Assembly (NCBI GenBank): GCA_964016885.1 | Contig: OZ024749.1 | Coordinates: 49,476,001-49,540,000, forward strand | Source of the DNA: Eledone cirrhosa | Lineage: Eukaryota | Direction: 5' to 3' | Length of the DNA stretch: 64,000 bases | Part shown: piece by piece, positions 32,277-47,480 of the stretch | Layout: each line of letters opens with the position of its first letter | How positions within the stretch are numbered: position 1 is the stretch's first letter | Position numbers and translations under genes: made by a program | The notes under the pieces: model-generated | Databases searched by the model: none | Seen by the model: only the letters and a program-made list of their open reading frames with translations | What the model was told of the DNA's origin: nothing

Positions 32277-32992
32277 AATAGTATATACATAGTATGTGGG
32301 AGAGACGTGTGTCTCATCTGTTTGGCGGTGTTTCTTGGTGTGTGTGATTGTATATATTTATCATACAGACATTATAAATAATAAACACATAACTGATACC
32401 AGTCTTAAATGTTTAATTAAATTCTCATAGATATTGTTAAGTTAGGCAGAAGAGCGAAACGGCAGATTACATTTCTCAGTTCGATAAACCCCGAACTTTC
32501 CATTCAAATGTATGAAATGATCTGTAATATATGTTTCATTCAAGCGTTAATAGGAAAATATATATAACGTAAAGGAATCGCTATGAATTAGTAAGAATAT
32601 TTGAGTAAGATATAGAAAGGTAGTCAAAGCGCTTCTCATTGTCATGATGACTAGATCGATTTTTATGATACTATAACAACACAGTATAATTTAATAATCG
32701 TCGCTTATAAGTCGGACAGTGATAAAATATGAAGTTTTGCTTCAAGAGATCATCTATTCAAAAGAACGATTCATTCTTCCATGGCCATCACGGCGGGGAT
32801 TGCACAATCATTTGGCGGCGTAGTTAAAATGTTGGAAGGATTATAGACAAGGGTTGCACGTCACATTATTTATATATACGCTTATATTTGCATATCGAGT
32901 GGGTTAATCGGCCGGGTGCACCCGGCCGATTAACCCACTCGATATGCAACTTGGGCTACTCAGCCGTTAATATGCATAAGGTAAGTATATAC

Positions 32993-33079
32993 GTTCAACA
33001 ATCTGGCAGGAAGGTATACGTTGCTGACGATAGTTAACAAGCTTGAAACTAGTAGAGCGTTCCTTTGTCAGTGTTGAAC
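32993..33079 (+). ncRNA. Type I hammerhead ribozyme, unit 1 (mismatch next to the cleavage site)
   Basis: ACGTTG-CTGACGA(33024-33030)-T-AGT-TAACAA-GCT-T-GAAA(33045-33048)-CTAG-TA/GAGCGT. GUA site after 33054. Distal stem I GTTCAACA:TGTTGAAC. Confidence 0.75.
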
Positions 33080-33420
33080 AAACGAGCAACGGTGGTTGCT
33101 AGACACTACGGCTTAATACGGGATGTTTATTTACAAACACACCGAGCATTATAATAAATATTCGGTGAATCCATACGTGCATATATATATGTGTGCATGT
33201 ATGTATATATATATATATATATACATACTACTGTACGTCGGTATACATATATGTATGTACGTGTACATACTTATATTTAAGTAACAGTCGTACTAAGACT
33301 GGGAAATGAAATATCGTTTCATTTTTTCCGTTTATCGTTTTCGGTGCACCCGGCCGATTAACCCACTCGATATGCAAATTGGGCTACTCAGCCGTTAATA
33401 TGCATAAGGTAAGTATATAC

Positions 33421-33507
33421 GTTCAACAATCTGGCAGGAAGGTATACGTTGCTGACGATAGCTAACAAGCTTGAAACTAGTACAGCGTTCCTTTGTCAGT
33501 GTTGAAC
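33421..33507 (+). ncRNA. Type I hammerhead ribozyme, unit 2 (intact)
   Basis: ACGTTG-CTGACGA(33452-33458)-T-AGC-TAACAA-GCT-T-GAAA(33473-33476)-CTAG-TA/CAGCGT. GUA site after 33482. Long stem I with an internal loop and palindromic stem III ACUAGU. Confidence 0.88.
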
Positions 33508-33755
33508 AAACGAGCAACGGTGGTTGCTAGACACTACGGCTTAATACGGGATGTTTGTTTACAAACACACCGAGCATTATAATAAATATTGGGTGAATCC
33601 ATACGTGCATATATATATGTGTGCATGTATGTATATATATATATATATGCATACTACTGTACGTCGGTATACATATATGTATGTACGTGTACATACTTAT
33701 ATTTAAGTAACAGCCGTACTAAGAGTGGGAAATGAAATATCGTTTCATTTTTTCC

Positions 33756-33833
<78 letters not shown>

Positions 33834-34807
33834 TTCAGAATCCATTAGTGCTGATTATTGTTAGATTTAAGGAAGCTCCAATGACATTGAAATTACGTGT
33901 GCAGTGATCATGATTTTTAATAGTATGTCTGTGATGATTCTACTTCCATATAATTTATACTCCCATGTCTTGAAAATTTAAATCTAAATTCTTAAGGCTA
34001 TAAAGGTGATGTGAACTTTTCAGAAATTCTCAAGACCCACATGTCATAGAAACCTGATTTTCTGTTCTTCTCCTTTATCATATACAATGGACTTATTTCC
34101 GTTCCAATCAATTTAAGCAACGTATATAGAACTGATTACATTCAATTCAAGAAAGGCTGTAGGGAAAACTTCAATTTAATCGATTAAAGTTATTTTAACT
34201 CCAATGTAGCCTCTTAACGCCAGTCACATAAATATGTATTTAATACACACACATCTATGTATAATCTGTCGAAATACTGTTTTTTATTGTCTAAACATCA
34301 ACTGGAATTATGATACGACATTGCTAAATTAGACATAAACATATACAAGGAAAAAACATATGATTGTCCATTCCATTCGAAATAACTCCTATATATCACT
34401 TTAAATAACTTCAAATCCTACTTACTTCATCGTCTTGAAAATATGGAGCACAATTTTCTAATAAAAACACAAATGCATGAGCGTGGTTGGAAAACGTTAT
34501 ACATCAGTTTGAAATTGGGTAAATATCAACGATGTCTCACATTAAAATCATATGAATGGTGCATTACAAGACGGTAGATTGGTTATACCTTTGTTGTTTT
34601 TAGTAATATTACTTGTGAGGTGTATAAGGAACGGACAGGCTGGGTAATGCGTTAATATATGTCTGGATAAACACATCGCGTAATAAATATATTCAATTGT
34701 CTAAAGAATCACTATCCAATAATCTAATTCTCTCTTTAATATATATATATATATATATATTTGATTTTTTTGTGACTATGTATGTATGTCCGTATTACTG
34801 ATGAGGT

Positions 34808-35037
34808 GTATGGTCCCTGAATGACTCAGGTATAGACTACTTCAATCAATGGAAAGCCATCACTTAGTCTAAGCCATACGCAAGGGGCAATCCTTGTTGT
34901 GGACTATGTATTGAAGAAAGGATAAATATTCTAAGGAGTTTACGCAATAGCGAATGCCTAAATCAAGTAATGACACATTCTCACGTTGTCCACATGTCTG
35001 GAAACACCTCTTGCATAACTACAAAGCTCCGGATTGA
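34808..35037 (+). pseudogene. Decayed C-terminus of a Penelope-like element GIY-YIG endonuclease
   Basis: Manual translation gives VWSLNDSGIDYFNQWKAIT*SKPYARGNPCCGLCIEERINILRSLRNSECLNQ, a frameshift, then SRCPHVWKHLLHNYKAPD*. This fits the W.L...W....PY..G...C.LC..E+..I...LN....C.H..K pattern of PLE endonuclease ends. Confidence 0.75.
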
Positions 35038-35202
35038 ATAACAACAACATTATACTTTTGTAATCAACTCGAACACATTTTCCGGACTTTCGCAGTTATC
35101 TCCCTTACACAGTTCGCCCGTGGCTTTGTATCGCTTCGGTGAAGTGACCTTTTCTGCCCATGCACGTTCATATGGTTGTTCTTCCTGTTCCGTATAACGA
35201 TG

Positions 35203-35254
35203 ACCAGTACGAGCTGAAGATTCTCTAAGGTGAAATAATTGTTCTCGATATGGT
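35203..35254 (+). ncRNA. Minimal type I hammerhead ribozyme in the 3' pseudo-LTR of the Penelope-like remnant
   Basis: ACCA-GTA-CGAG-CTGAAGA(35214-35220)-T-TCT-CTA-AGG-T-GAAA(35232-35235)-TAATTG-TT/CTCG-ATA-TGGT. GUU site after 35243. Confidence 0.75.
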
Positions 35255-36222
35255 GAACTAACATTTGTGTTACTACTTCTACCAAACTCTACCCATGGAC
35301 TGAGTGTTCTACCACTACGGATATTACCTTTCAGTGTGCTCTCTCTCTCTATCTCTCTCTGTGTGTAAATATATACATTATATATGTGTGTGTGTGTGTG
35401 TGTGTGTATGTGTGTGTGAGTGTGTGTGTCTGTCTGTCTGTCTGTCTGTCTGCCTGTCTGTCTCTCTGTCTGTCTGTGTTGAATCTGACACCATGCTTCT
35501 TCGACGATTTCCAACGTATTCAAACCTGGAATCTCATGGTGGTGCTGGCTGAAACTTTAACCAAATATCCTTGTTCCATTATATATTGAAAAGGAAAACG
35601 GAAAACACATATAAACACATTAGGCACCCCCCCCCCTTCTCTCCGCACCAAAAAAAGACAAAGGAATAATAAATACAGTGTTAACATTTTAACATTGGCG
35701 CCAAGTATTGAAATGTGGTTTATGCTCTCATTTATATGACTTTTGTTTCTGAACAAAATACGTTATTTAACATTTTCTGGCTTTTGCTAAAATTTCATAA
35801 AATATTTTTTTTCAAAATGACAAAGTGTTTGAAACTTCTTCATAGCCGATGGGAAAGAAATAATTTATTATTACTACTGATATGAATAAGCATAAATTTG
35901 TTATGGAATACTGAGTGAAAATAATTGATTTATTTCAGAGATCAATATTTGAACAATTCTAAAACACAAAATGCCAAAACACAAATGGCATATTCTCTCC
36001 TTGTAGTTAGCAATGAATTGAAAGCAAACAACATATGTACACGTAAAAATAGATTCACAGGAAGAATACACTTACACAGAAATACGAAAAACACACATGT
36101 CTATACACATATACATAAGTCCTTTCACGCAGAATGGCTCACTGATTAACACAATCTCATACGCATAAACACACGCATATAAAAAAGGTTTATATATAAA
36201 TGCATACGATGTATTAATAATC

Positions 36223-36272
<50 letters not shown>

Positions 36273-37074
36273 GACATAATTCACAATCGTTATATTACAT
36301 CTTTGCGTAATTATATATATAGAGAGTGTGTGTGTGTGTATGTATATATTGATATTTTGATCTTTAGAAATAACCTTTATGTTTGAAGTCTTTCTTTCAT
36401 GTTCGGAAGTGTTGTTGCAAAACTAATTCTAAGATACAGAAATAACATTGGATAGCTTTTTTTTCTTTTAATCAAAACATTTGATACTTGGGAAAACATT
36501 GAATTGTAATATCAATGCGTATTTTAAGTGGAATATGATAAAATAAAGAGCATTAATTTCGGAGAAATTGAAGAAGGCATGAATAAAAATTGTTTACAAT
36601 AAACAAAACAGAACATAGTGTCCATTGAGTCGTTGTTCCTATGAAAATCTCATTTAAACACCAAAGACACCAGAGAGCAAATATATATACAATATATATT
36701 GAGTCACATAAATATATATTTGAAATTAAATGTGGTGGTAATAGATGTCATTTTTATTGCTGTTATTATATTATAATGATAAAAATAATATTAATATAAT
36801 GACGATATGACGCAGATTAGAATCAAGAAATATAAGACGAAGACAAAGTTGTCAACAGATCGATACTGTGATGCAACTAGAAAATCATGTTCAACTTATT
36901 AAGTTGGTTAATGGTGGATCATAATCTCATATGAAATCACAATTCATATCACTAAATAGAGTAACAAAATGATGATGCATTCATTGTCAAATAAAAGGAA
37001 ATACTGAAACATCCTGCATGCAGGTCTGTCTTCACATTAATAACAGACACCTATCCCAAATATATTCAGACATT

Positions 37075-37570
37075 ACGCCACCCATGAATGTGACTGTGTT
37101 AAAGGTATTTGTAAACTCCATCCCAGCCACGCAAGGATTCGTTTGACGTCTTTTGCAGTTTTACATATTCGCCTTATCAGCAGCAATATGATAGCTGGTA
37201 CCCCCTGAACGTTTCCTACACTCCTCTGCCCGACAGGTAGATTCTCATTCTGAAGCAATTAATCATACTCTTTTCTAAAAAAGATTCCAGTTAAAAGCTT
37301 GTATAAGAAATTAAGCAAGCAATCTCACTGTAAATTCCAACTAACAGACCTTTCAAGTTATCCTTAGTTATCAAAGTTGTCTTTCCTTCAACTATACATC
37401 TTTAAATTCCTCCTTGCACTACAAAATGTTATAGATACTTCTCTAGACTTGAGGGAACCCTTCCGAATCTTTTCAACCAGAATCTGGGATTCCACCCAGT
37501 CTAATACATTTCATGTTTGGCAATTTCCTAACAGGTTCTTGAAGTCATCCTTTGAAATTCTGTTTTGCTT
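37075..37570 (-). pseudogene. Decayed non-LTR reverse transcriptase fragment, R4/Dong-like
   Basis: Frameshifted translation TTLITKDNLKG..IYSEIACL / LYKLLTGI / LLQNENLPVGQ / CRKRSGGT..IAADKA..NCKRRQTN...FNTV / SHSW. It parallels the R4-clade RT motifs NYRPITCL..YKLLT..EQKGCRK.SRGTKDQLLIDK..AFDSVPHSW. Confidence 0.78.
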
Positions 37571-38137
37571 CGTAAGATAAAGTATGCTGAATTTATTTGC
37601 TTTAACATATGTTCCTATGTCTATTATAATTGTCTACAGACGTTGATTACAATATATATTGTTCTATCATATGCGATACTGACTTATTTATTACACTTCA
37701 CCAGAAAGCCTATAATACTGGAAGTCAAATATTCACTACGCGGTAGAATCCAGGAATGGGAATTTCGTTTAAGAAAATGTAAATAAGTTAAAAATAGAAT
37801 GAAATACAGTCAGATAGTGTGATCGTAGAGATGAGTGGCATATTATCAATATGCGTGCTGTGTATACTATGACCATTGTTATGGGTGGCGGTTTTGATGT
37901 TTACCGTACATGGTCGAGAGAGTAGAGAAAGTATAAGGAGGACAGAGAAGGAGAATGTAGAAATTAAATATAAAGTATATATAAATATGGGAAAATAAAA
38001 AAAACAGTATTTCTCCGTGACATATGTACTTGAAAGGTTATATATAATCTCAGACATATGTTATATTATGGAAAACAATGCATAGAGAAACCATATGAAT
38101 CAGAAAAAAACATGTTCCGGTGTTAAGGTGATTCAAC

Positions 38138-38168
<31 letters not shown>

Positions 38169-38170
<2 letters not shown>

Positions 38171-38490
38171 AGAGGAAACATAATAGCACCACTGACGATG
38201 TTGCAGATGTGCAACGAAAGAACGTTGTTAGACTATATATATGTGTTTTTGTCTATATTATATCTGTATTTTTGACCGTTAGTCAGTCAATAATAAGATT
38301 GAGGACCGAATACATTTAAATTAACCGATATAAAAGACACAGATGCGAAAACCCACCAAACAGTGAGTGTGTTCTGTTATTAATTCTGGCAATATTATTA
38401 TACACAAATATGACCCTCCCCAAGTATAACAATAGTTGTTTCGACACACGATTTCATGTAAAAAACCTCGCAAAACAAATCCATCGCCGT
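38169..38490 (+). mobile_element. TA-embedded element with a degenerate HHR-like motif
   Basis: CTGACGA(38192-38198)-T-GTTGCA-GATG-TGCAAC-GAAA(38216-38219), with poor stems I and III. Segment 38378-38434 recurs at 41651-41972. Confidence 0.5.
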
Positions 38491-38499
38491 TATATATAT

Positions 38500-38654
38500 A
38501 ACAAAGGAAGTGTTGTAAGGAACCAGGTGGAGTATAACCCACAAGAGTATGCGATACTTTGGGTAGTAGAGTGGGTAATAGGAAAAGAGTCAATCCAGAA
38601 ATAGATTTCGAAACTGCTTGAGCTCTGTCGTCGGGATTCTGACTATTTTCCTAC
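38500..38654. mobile_element. TA-embedded fold-back family 'GGGTAGTAGAGTGGG', copy A
   Basis: Homologous to 40110-40305 and 56159-56324. Short inverted arms TAGGAAAAGAGTCA / TGACTATTTTCCTA. Confidence 0.75.
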
Positions 38655-39193
38655 ATATATATATATAGTAAAAATTTTAACGGGAACAAAAAAAATATAT
38701 ATATATATATATATATATATGGGGGGGGGGGGTACATGTATTTGTGGGTATTTATAAATCTACAGCCACTTGTATGCTTGTTGTAGCTGAAACCTCATAG
38801 TTGTTTTTGTATTAATATATGTATATATATGATATATACATATATATGCGTGAGTGTAGGTGTGTGTGTGTGTGTATGATAGACATAAATGGCCCCTAAC
38901 ACTAAAATAATATTTAATGTATTGATGTCGAAATAATGAAAGGCATATATAATTGATATCAGTTGAATTTGAACAAACATCAAAGGAGGGACGGATCAAT
39001 ACCACGATATATTTTATCCGAGACATTATCTCTCGCATGTCACCTAACTATATAATTACTACAACGAAAATACAAACGGATATAATAATTATTTGCAATG
39101 ATTAACTGGATAAAGTTACCATTCATACTGCCATTATACGCATGAAGGTAATGATTAAATCCAATTATAGATTAACATTGCATATACATGCTA

Positions 39194-39269
<76 letters not shown>

Positions 39270-39502
39270 ATATGCAGCTTTTGTAAGTATATGATTTCTG
39301 TATGTCGAGGCTAGAATTACAAATTCTTAAGAGTACAATTGTTTCTAATGTCTTTCGCCATCTAAGAGTACATGAAATTTCCGATAATGTCGACGTATGT
39401 AGGTCAAGGTCGATATTAGAATTTGAAAGGAATGCCAAACACCATATTTCAAACACTTGTCGTTCCTTAGCTTGCATATATAGACATAAACAGTGAAAAG
39501 AA

Positions 39503-39566
<64 letters not shown>

Positions 39567-39589
39567 ATATGTATATATATATATTTTGT

Positions 39590-39670
39590 GTTTCCTATTT
39601 CCCACTCTACTACCCTATTGAGTATTCTGGTGCGTTATGGTTCATCTGGTTCCTTACCACAAATCCTTTG

Positions 39671-39672
<2 letters not shown>
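39590..39672 (+). mobile_element. TA-embedded family, copy B (distal part only)
   Basis: TTCCTATTTCCCACTCTACTACCCTA...CTGGTTCCTTACCACA matches 56240-56312. Confidence 0.75.
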
Positions 39673-39737
<65 letters not shown>

Positions 39738-40069
39738 CGCGTGCCTGAGGTTGTGTGCGCGAGCATATATGTGTAACATACATACATAATTATATGTTAT
39801 TTATTTACGTGATTGTTAGAAAAAATAAATTAGATCGACATGATTTTAAGTTAGGCTAGAACTATCGATAAATTGGTCATACGGCTGGAGATATGATATT
39901 TAGATTTGATGAATATAGTAATGGATATATATTGGAATGCTATCATTAAGAATCAATATTGTGGAACTTCAACATGTGTAGATATGTAGCAACGAGTGAG
40001 AATGCGAATAGTCAATGGTGTGTAAAGTCAGAGACAAACTTGCATGCATCAACAATAAAAATGCGTATG

Positions 40070-40109
<40 letters not shown>

Positions 40110-40305
40110 TAACGAAGGAGGTCTGGTAAGGAACCTGATGGACCACAATGCACCAGATTACTCAATACTTAGGGTAGTAGAGTGGGTAATTGGAATATGT
40201 TTGTCCCCGACGGCAGAGCTCAAACCGTTTCGACGACTATTTCTGGACTCCAGAAATAGCCGTTGAAACGGCTTGAGCACTGCGTCGGGCTCAAATATGT
40301 TCCTA
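40110..40305 (-). mobile_element. TA-embedded fold-back family, copy C
   Basis: Long arm on the minus strand, and a ~55-bp-arm inverted repeat centred on CTATTTCTGGA-C-TCCAGAAATAG (~40248). Confidence 0.8.
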
Positions 40306-40472
40306 TATATATATACATATGTGTGTGTGTGTGTGTGTGTGTGTGTACGTGTGCGTGTGTGTGTGTTTGTGTGTATGTGTGTGTGTATGTGTGTATGTGT
40401 GCGTGTGTGTACGTGTGTATGTGTATGTATGTGTGTGTGTGTGTGCGTGCGTGTGTGTGCGTGTGCGTGTGC

Positions 40473-40530
<58 letters not shown>

Positions 40531-40579
40531 AACCACTTACGCACTTATATATGAACACTCGCACACACACACACATATG

Positions 40580-40685
<106 letters not shown>

Positions 40686-40877
40686 CATATACATTCTATG
40701 TTATGAATTCAATGTATTGGAGCTAATGTGCCTCGATAATCGAGATATTCCAGGAAGTAATCTGTGTTTTGTAAGGACTATGGGCAAGATAACTGAATCA
40801 ATATGGACGCGTAAATGAATAGTGCTCATATCATGTACGCATGCGTAGGCTTTCATCTACCTGAATCTATATTCAGG

Positions 40878-43869
<2,992 letters not shown>

Positions 43870-43874
<5 letters not shown>

Positions 43875-43970
43875 AGTATGTGTGTATACGTACATACATA
43901 TATGTATATATATATATATATGTGTGTATACGTACATACATATATGTATACAGACGTACAGTAGCATGCA

Positions 43971-44018
<48 letters not shown>

Positions 44019-44391
44019 TACATACAGGTACACATACATATATGCACGTATCAGTTTAGCGGACGCTTATTATAACGCCGCTTTGTCCGTTTGTAAACAA
44101 ACTGAACAGCCTGAATTTGTATGCCGTACGGTGTTAAGGCAACCACGTTACCTTTTTGTTCGAACGTTCAACTATCTGGCAGATGGGTATACGGTGCTGA
44201 TGATAGCTAACAAGCTTGAAACTAGTACATCGTTCCTGTGTCAGTGTTGAACAAAAAGGTGACGTGGTTGCCTTAACACCGTACGGCATAAAAATTCAGG
44301 CTGTTCAGTTTGTTTACAAACGAACAAAGCGGCGTTATAATAAGCGTCCGCTAAACTGATACGTGCATATATGTATATGTACCTGTATGTA

Positions 44392-44467
<76 letters not shown>

Positions 44468-44575
44468 TGCTACTGTACGTCTGTATACATATATGTATGT
44501 ACGTATACACACATACTTACATTTAAGTAAGTGCCGTACTAAGAGTGAGAAATGAAATTTCGTTTTCATTTTATT
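43870..44575 (+). mobile_element. Diverged single-unit copy of the 33-kb retrozyme-like element with a ~280-bp inverted duplication
   Basis: 44164-44575 aligns to ~33419-33750. 43870-44161 is the reverse complement of 44249-44522. Confidence 0.85.
44166..44252 (+). ncRNA. Type I hammerhead ribozyme, copy 3
   Basis: ACGGTG-CTGATGA(44197-44203)-T-AGC-TAACAA-GCT-T-GAAA-CTAG-TA/CATCGT. GUA site after 44227. Confidence 0.88.
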
Positions 44576-44607
44576 TCAACTATATATATATACATATATA
44601 TATACGT

Positions 44608-44689
<82 letters not shown>

Positions 44690-45703
44690 TTACATATTCA
44701 TATTTATATATAGATATAAATTTGTATATACTCATATATATATATATATATATATATACATGCATATATGTACATGAACATAAACGCGTTTTCATGCGTA
44801 TGTGTCTCCATGTATATGTCCGTATATATATAAATGCAAATATTAGAATGTATTGGCTGAATATTGTATAGATATTATGGTTTGTTATAGCTTTCATATC
44901 ATTATTTCTGAATACATGCACATAATTTCCGATAACATAATTATGGTAATGTTAGAACAATATATAGATTTCCATCTTGGTTTATGATATTCTGTAAAAG
45001 TTGACTTCGTTCTACACTACATTTCATATTTACAGTTGACCATCTCTATACAGAATTATATCAAAAATATAATTTCTTATGGGAAATATATATGCGTGTG
45101 TTTCCTTCTGCGTGTCTGTTTTTTTTTGTGTGTACAGATGTATTTATGTTCGTATGAATATATATTTTCTCATACACTCTTTCTCTCTCTCTTTATGTAT
45201 ATATATATATATTATATATATATATATATATATAAGTTGGGTGTGTGACCCTCTGAGTAACTATATACATGTGTCTGCATATGCGCTTTTGCTTGTGTCT
45301 ATTTGTGTTCGTTTGAACTTGTGTGTTTCGTTTAAAAATGGATGAATTTGAGAAGAATTTAGGTGAGTTTCGGGAAAGATTTTTGTAAGACAGTGAATGA
45401 TCACATCAAACGACAATGTAAACATTCACCAGTACAATCAATAAAATCACGTGACAGATTTAGGGTGTAAAACATATGATATTGTCCCTGTGATTGTTCT
45501 GTACAAGGCAACGGTGAGATAGAGGAAACTGCCTCACGTGCGATAAACAAGTCACAAACTTGCCAACATATATGCTAAATCTGTGTGTTTACCCGTATAT
45601 ATATATATATATATGAATGAAAATATTTTTCATCTTGACGTAATAGTCTCTCTTATGTCTGAATTACTGTTGGTTTCTTGCTTACATTAATTTCTCTATT
45701 TTC

Positions 45704-45745
<42 letters not shown>

Positions 45746-46034
45746 GTGTGTGTGGGGGGGGGGGTATATGTTGGTGAGTCTGTATATCAGTCTACTTATT
45801 TGATAAAAAATTGCATAGGTTCATATCTCTACCTAGAAATATATGTACATAATTTCAATTTAATTACTATTCTGCAAAACCTACTGTATTTCTAACAGTC
45901 GCTTTGTATGTTTGTCTCTACGTTTATTATTACCTTTCATGTACTGTTTTCCATAGTTAAATACTTTATGATTATTTTTTACTGAACGATAAGCATACAC
46001 GCGCATACACACTCACACACCCACACACATTATC

Positions 46035-46088
<54 letters not shown>

Positions 46089-46104
46089 GATAATGTTTGT
46101 GGGT

Positions 46105-46196
46105 GTGAAGAAAGTTTTTTGGTTTTTCATTTTCCGAGGAAAATTCTATTTCCTGATAAAGTGGCTGTTTATATATATAATGTGTGTGTGTGTATG

Positions 46197-46274
<78 letters not shown>

Positions 46275-46366
46275 CATACACACACACACATTATATATAT
46301 AAACAGCCACTTTATCAGGAAATAGAATTTTCCTCGGAAAATGAAAAACCAAAAAACATTCTTCAC
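46105..46366. repeat. ~262-bp near-perfect palindrome centred on a (TA)n tract
   Basis: TTTCCGAGGAAAATTCTATTTCCTGATAAAGTGGCTG from 46131 mirrors CAGCCACTTTATCAGGAAATAGAATTTTCCTCGGAAA ending at 46340. Confidence 0.93.
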
Positions 46367-47127
46367 TTTTTCCAGAATAGAAATAATTTAAAATACACTG
46401 TTTCCAAATAATAGACTCAGAGTCGATGATATGTAAAATGTTTTGCCTCGAAGACTTTTGGCTAAATTCCTAGCAGAATATAAAATTTAGCATTGATATC
46501 AAAAGCCACTATGACAACGATTATTCTCAAAAGTGCTATACAATTATATAGTTTTTGCTTAAAGCATTTCTTGAAGACAATGATTATTCATTTCCTATTA
46601 TTTTTATCCTTGCTGAATTCGTTTAAGCGATATATTGTTGAATGCGGGCCTAATATAAAACTTTGTTATCATATATAGCCTTATTTAATTATGTTATTTT
46701 ATATTAACAAGAGTATTGTTCACACGCCATCTTTGAAAAGATAACTTATAAAGCTTATAAAATTAATTATATCATTACTGTATCACAATCTATATTCTAT
46801 TCTGCATTGAAAGAACACACATTCCCCTTTTATGCTTACAGCCATGAAACGATAAATCCTCGTATGATATTAATTAATCACAAAGTATCTAGAATTCTAT
46901 ACGAAATCCATTCCTATTCTGTGTTGTTTTCTTTAAGCTAGCTGTATACAATACCATTACATAAATATTCTAATACCGTTTTTTTCCTTCTACGTATTGT
47001 TTCAAAAATGAATTAGTTGATTTTCGGAAATATTATATATCAGTGTACACTTATGCCTGATTGTATTACTTTTCTTAAATAGAATTAGAATCTAGCACAT
47101 AAATTTTATTGTAATAAACACAATAAA

Positions 47128-47172
47128 CTACTACTAGTACTACTACCACTCCTCACCGTATTTCTCCTCCTC

Positions 47173-47254
<82 letters not shown>

Positions 47255-47265
47255 CATCACCACCA
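47128..47265. repeat. (CTA)n/(CCA)n microsatellite
   Basis: Direct reading. Confidence 0.9.
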
Positions 47266-47269
47266 GCAA

Positions 47270-47480
47270 CAATATTGGTGTCGGATTGAGGCGCAAGAAC
47301 AGCAATGTTGGGGGAGAGGAAAGTCCATTAAATTGATTTCAGTGCAGTGCTTACTGGTATTTTATTTTATCGACCTGGTAAGGATGAAAGGCAAAGCTAA
47401 CCTCTGAATCCAGAATACGATGGGGTGTGACTCTATGCCACGCAGAATGCTTGCCGACCCCCTACCGATGCTGACCTCAT
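47270..47480 (-). mobile_element. Diverged SINE copy
   Basis: TTACTGGTATTTTATTTTATCGACCTGGTAAGGATGAAAGGCAAAGCTAACCTC matches the family. Confidence 0.8.

Larger units (their letters stand above)
32888..33760 (+). mobile_element. Retrozyme-like / non-autonomous Penelope-type element: 428-bp tandem dimer with one HHR per unit and a terminal palindrome
   Basis: Near-identical units start GGTGCACCCGGCCG at 32915 and 33343. A perfect 62-bp palindrome occupies 32888-32949. The element ends in (TA)n. Confidence 0.85.

Noticed and set aside
34799-34860. CTGATGAG as a hammerhead core
   Set aside because: There is no stem II/GAAA/stem III arrangement, and it lies at the start of the GIY-YIG coding remnant.
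35050-35523. 157-aa minus-strand ORF with plausible composition
   Set aside because: It runs through microsatellites and is antisense to the PLE 3' region and HHR, which explain the sequence better.
39320-39375. Minus-strand GAAACAATTGTA (HHR 3' half-like), and a similar half-motif at 40835-40879
   Set aside because: There is no upstream CUGANGA and no second copy in the window to confirm it.
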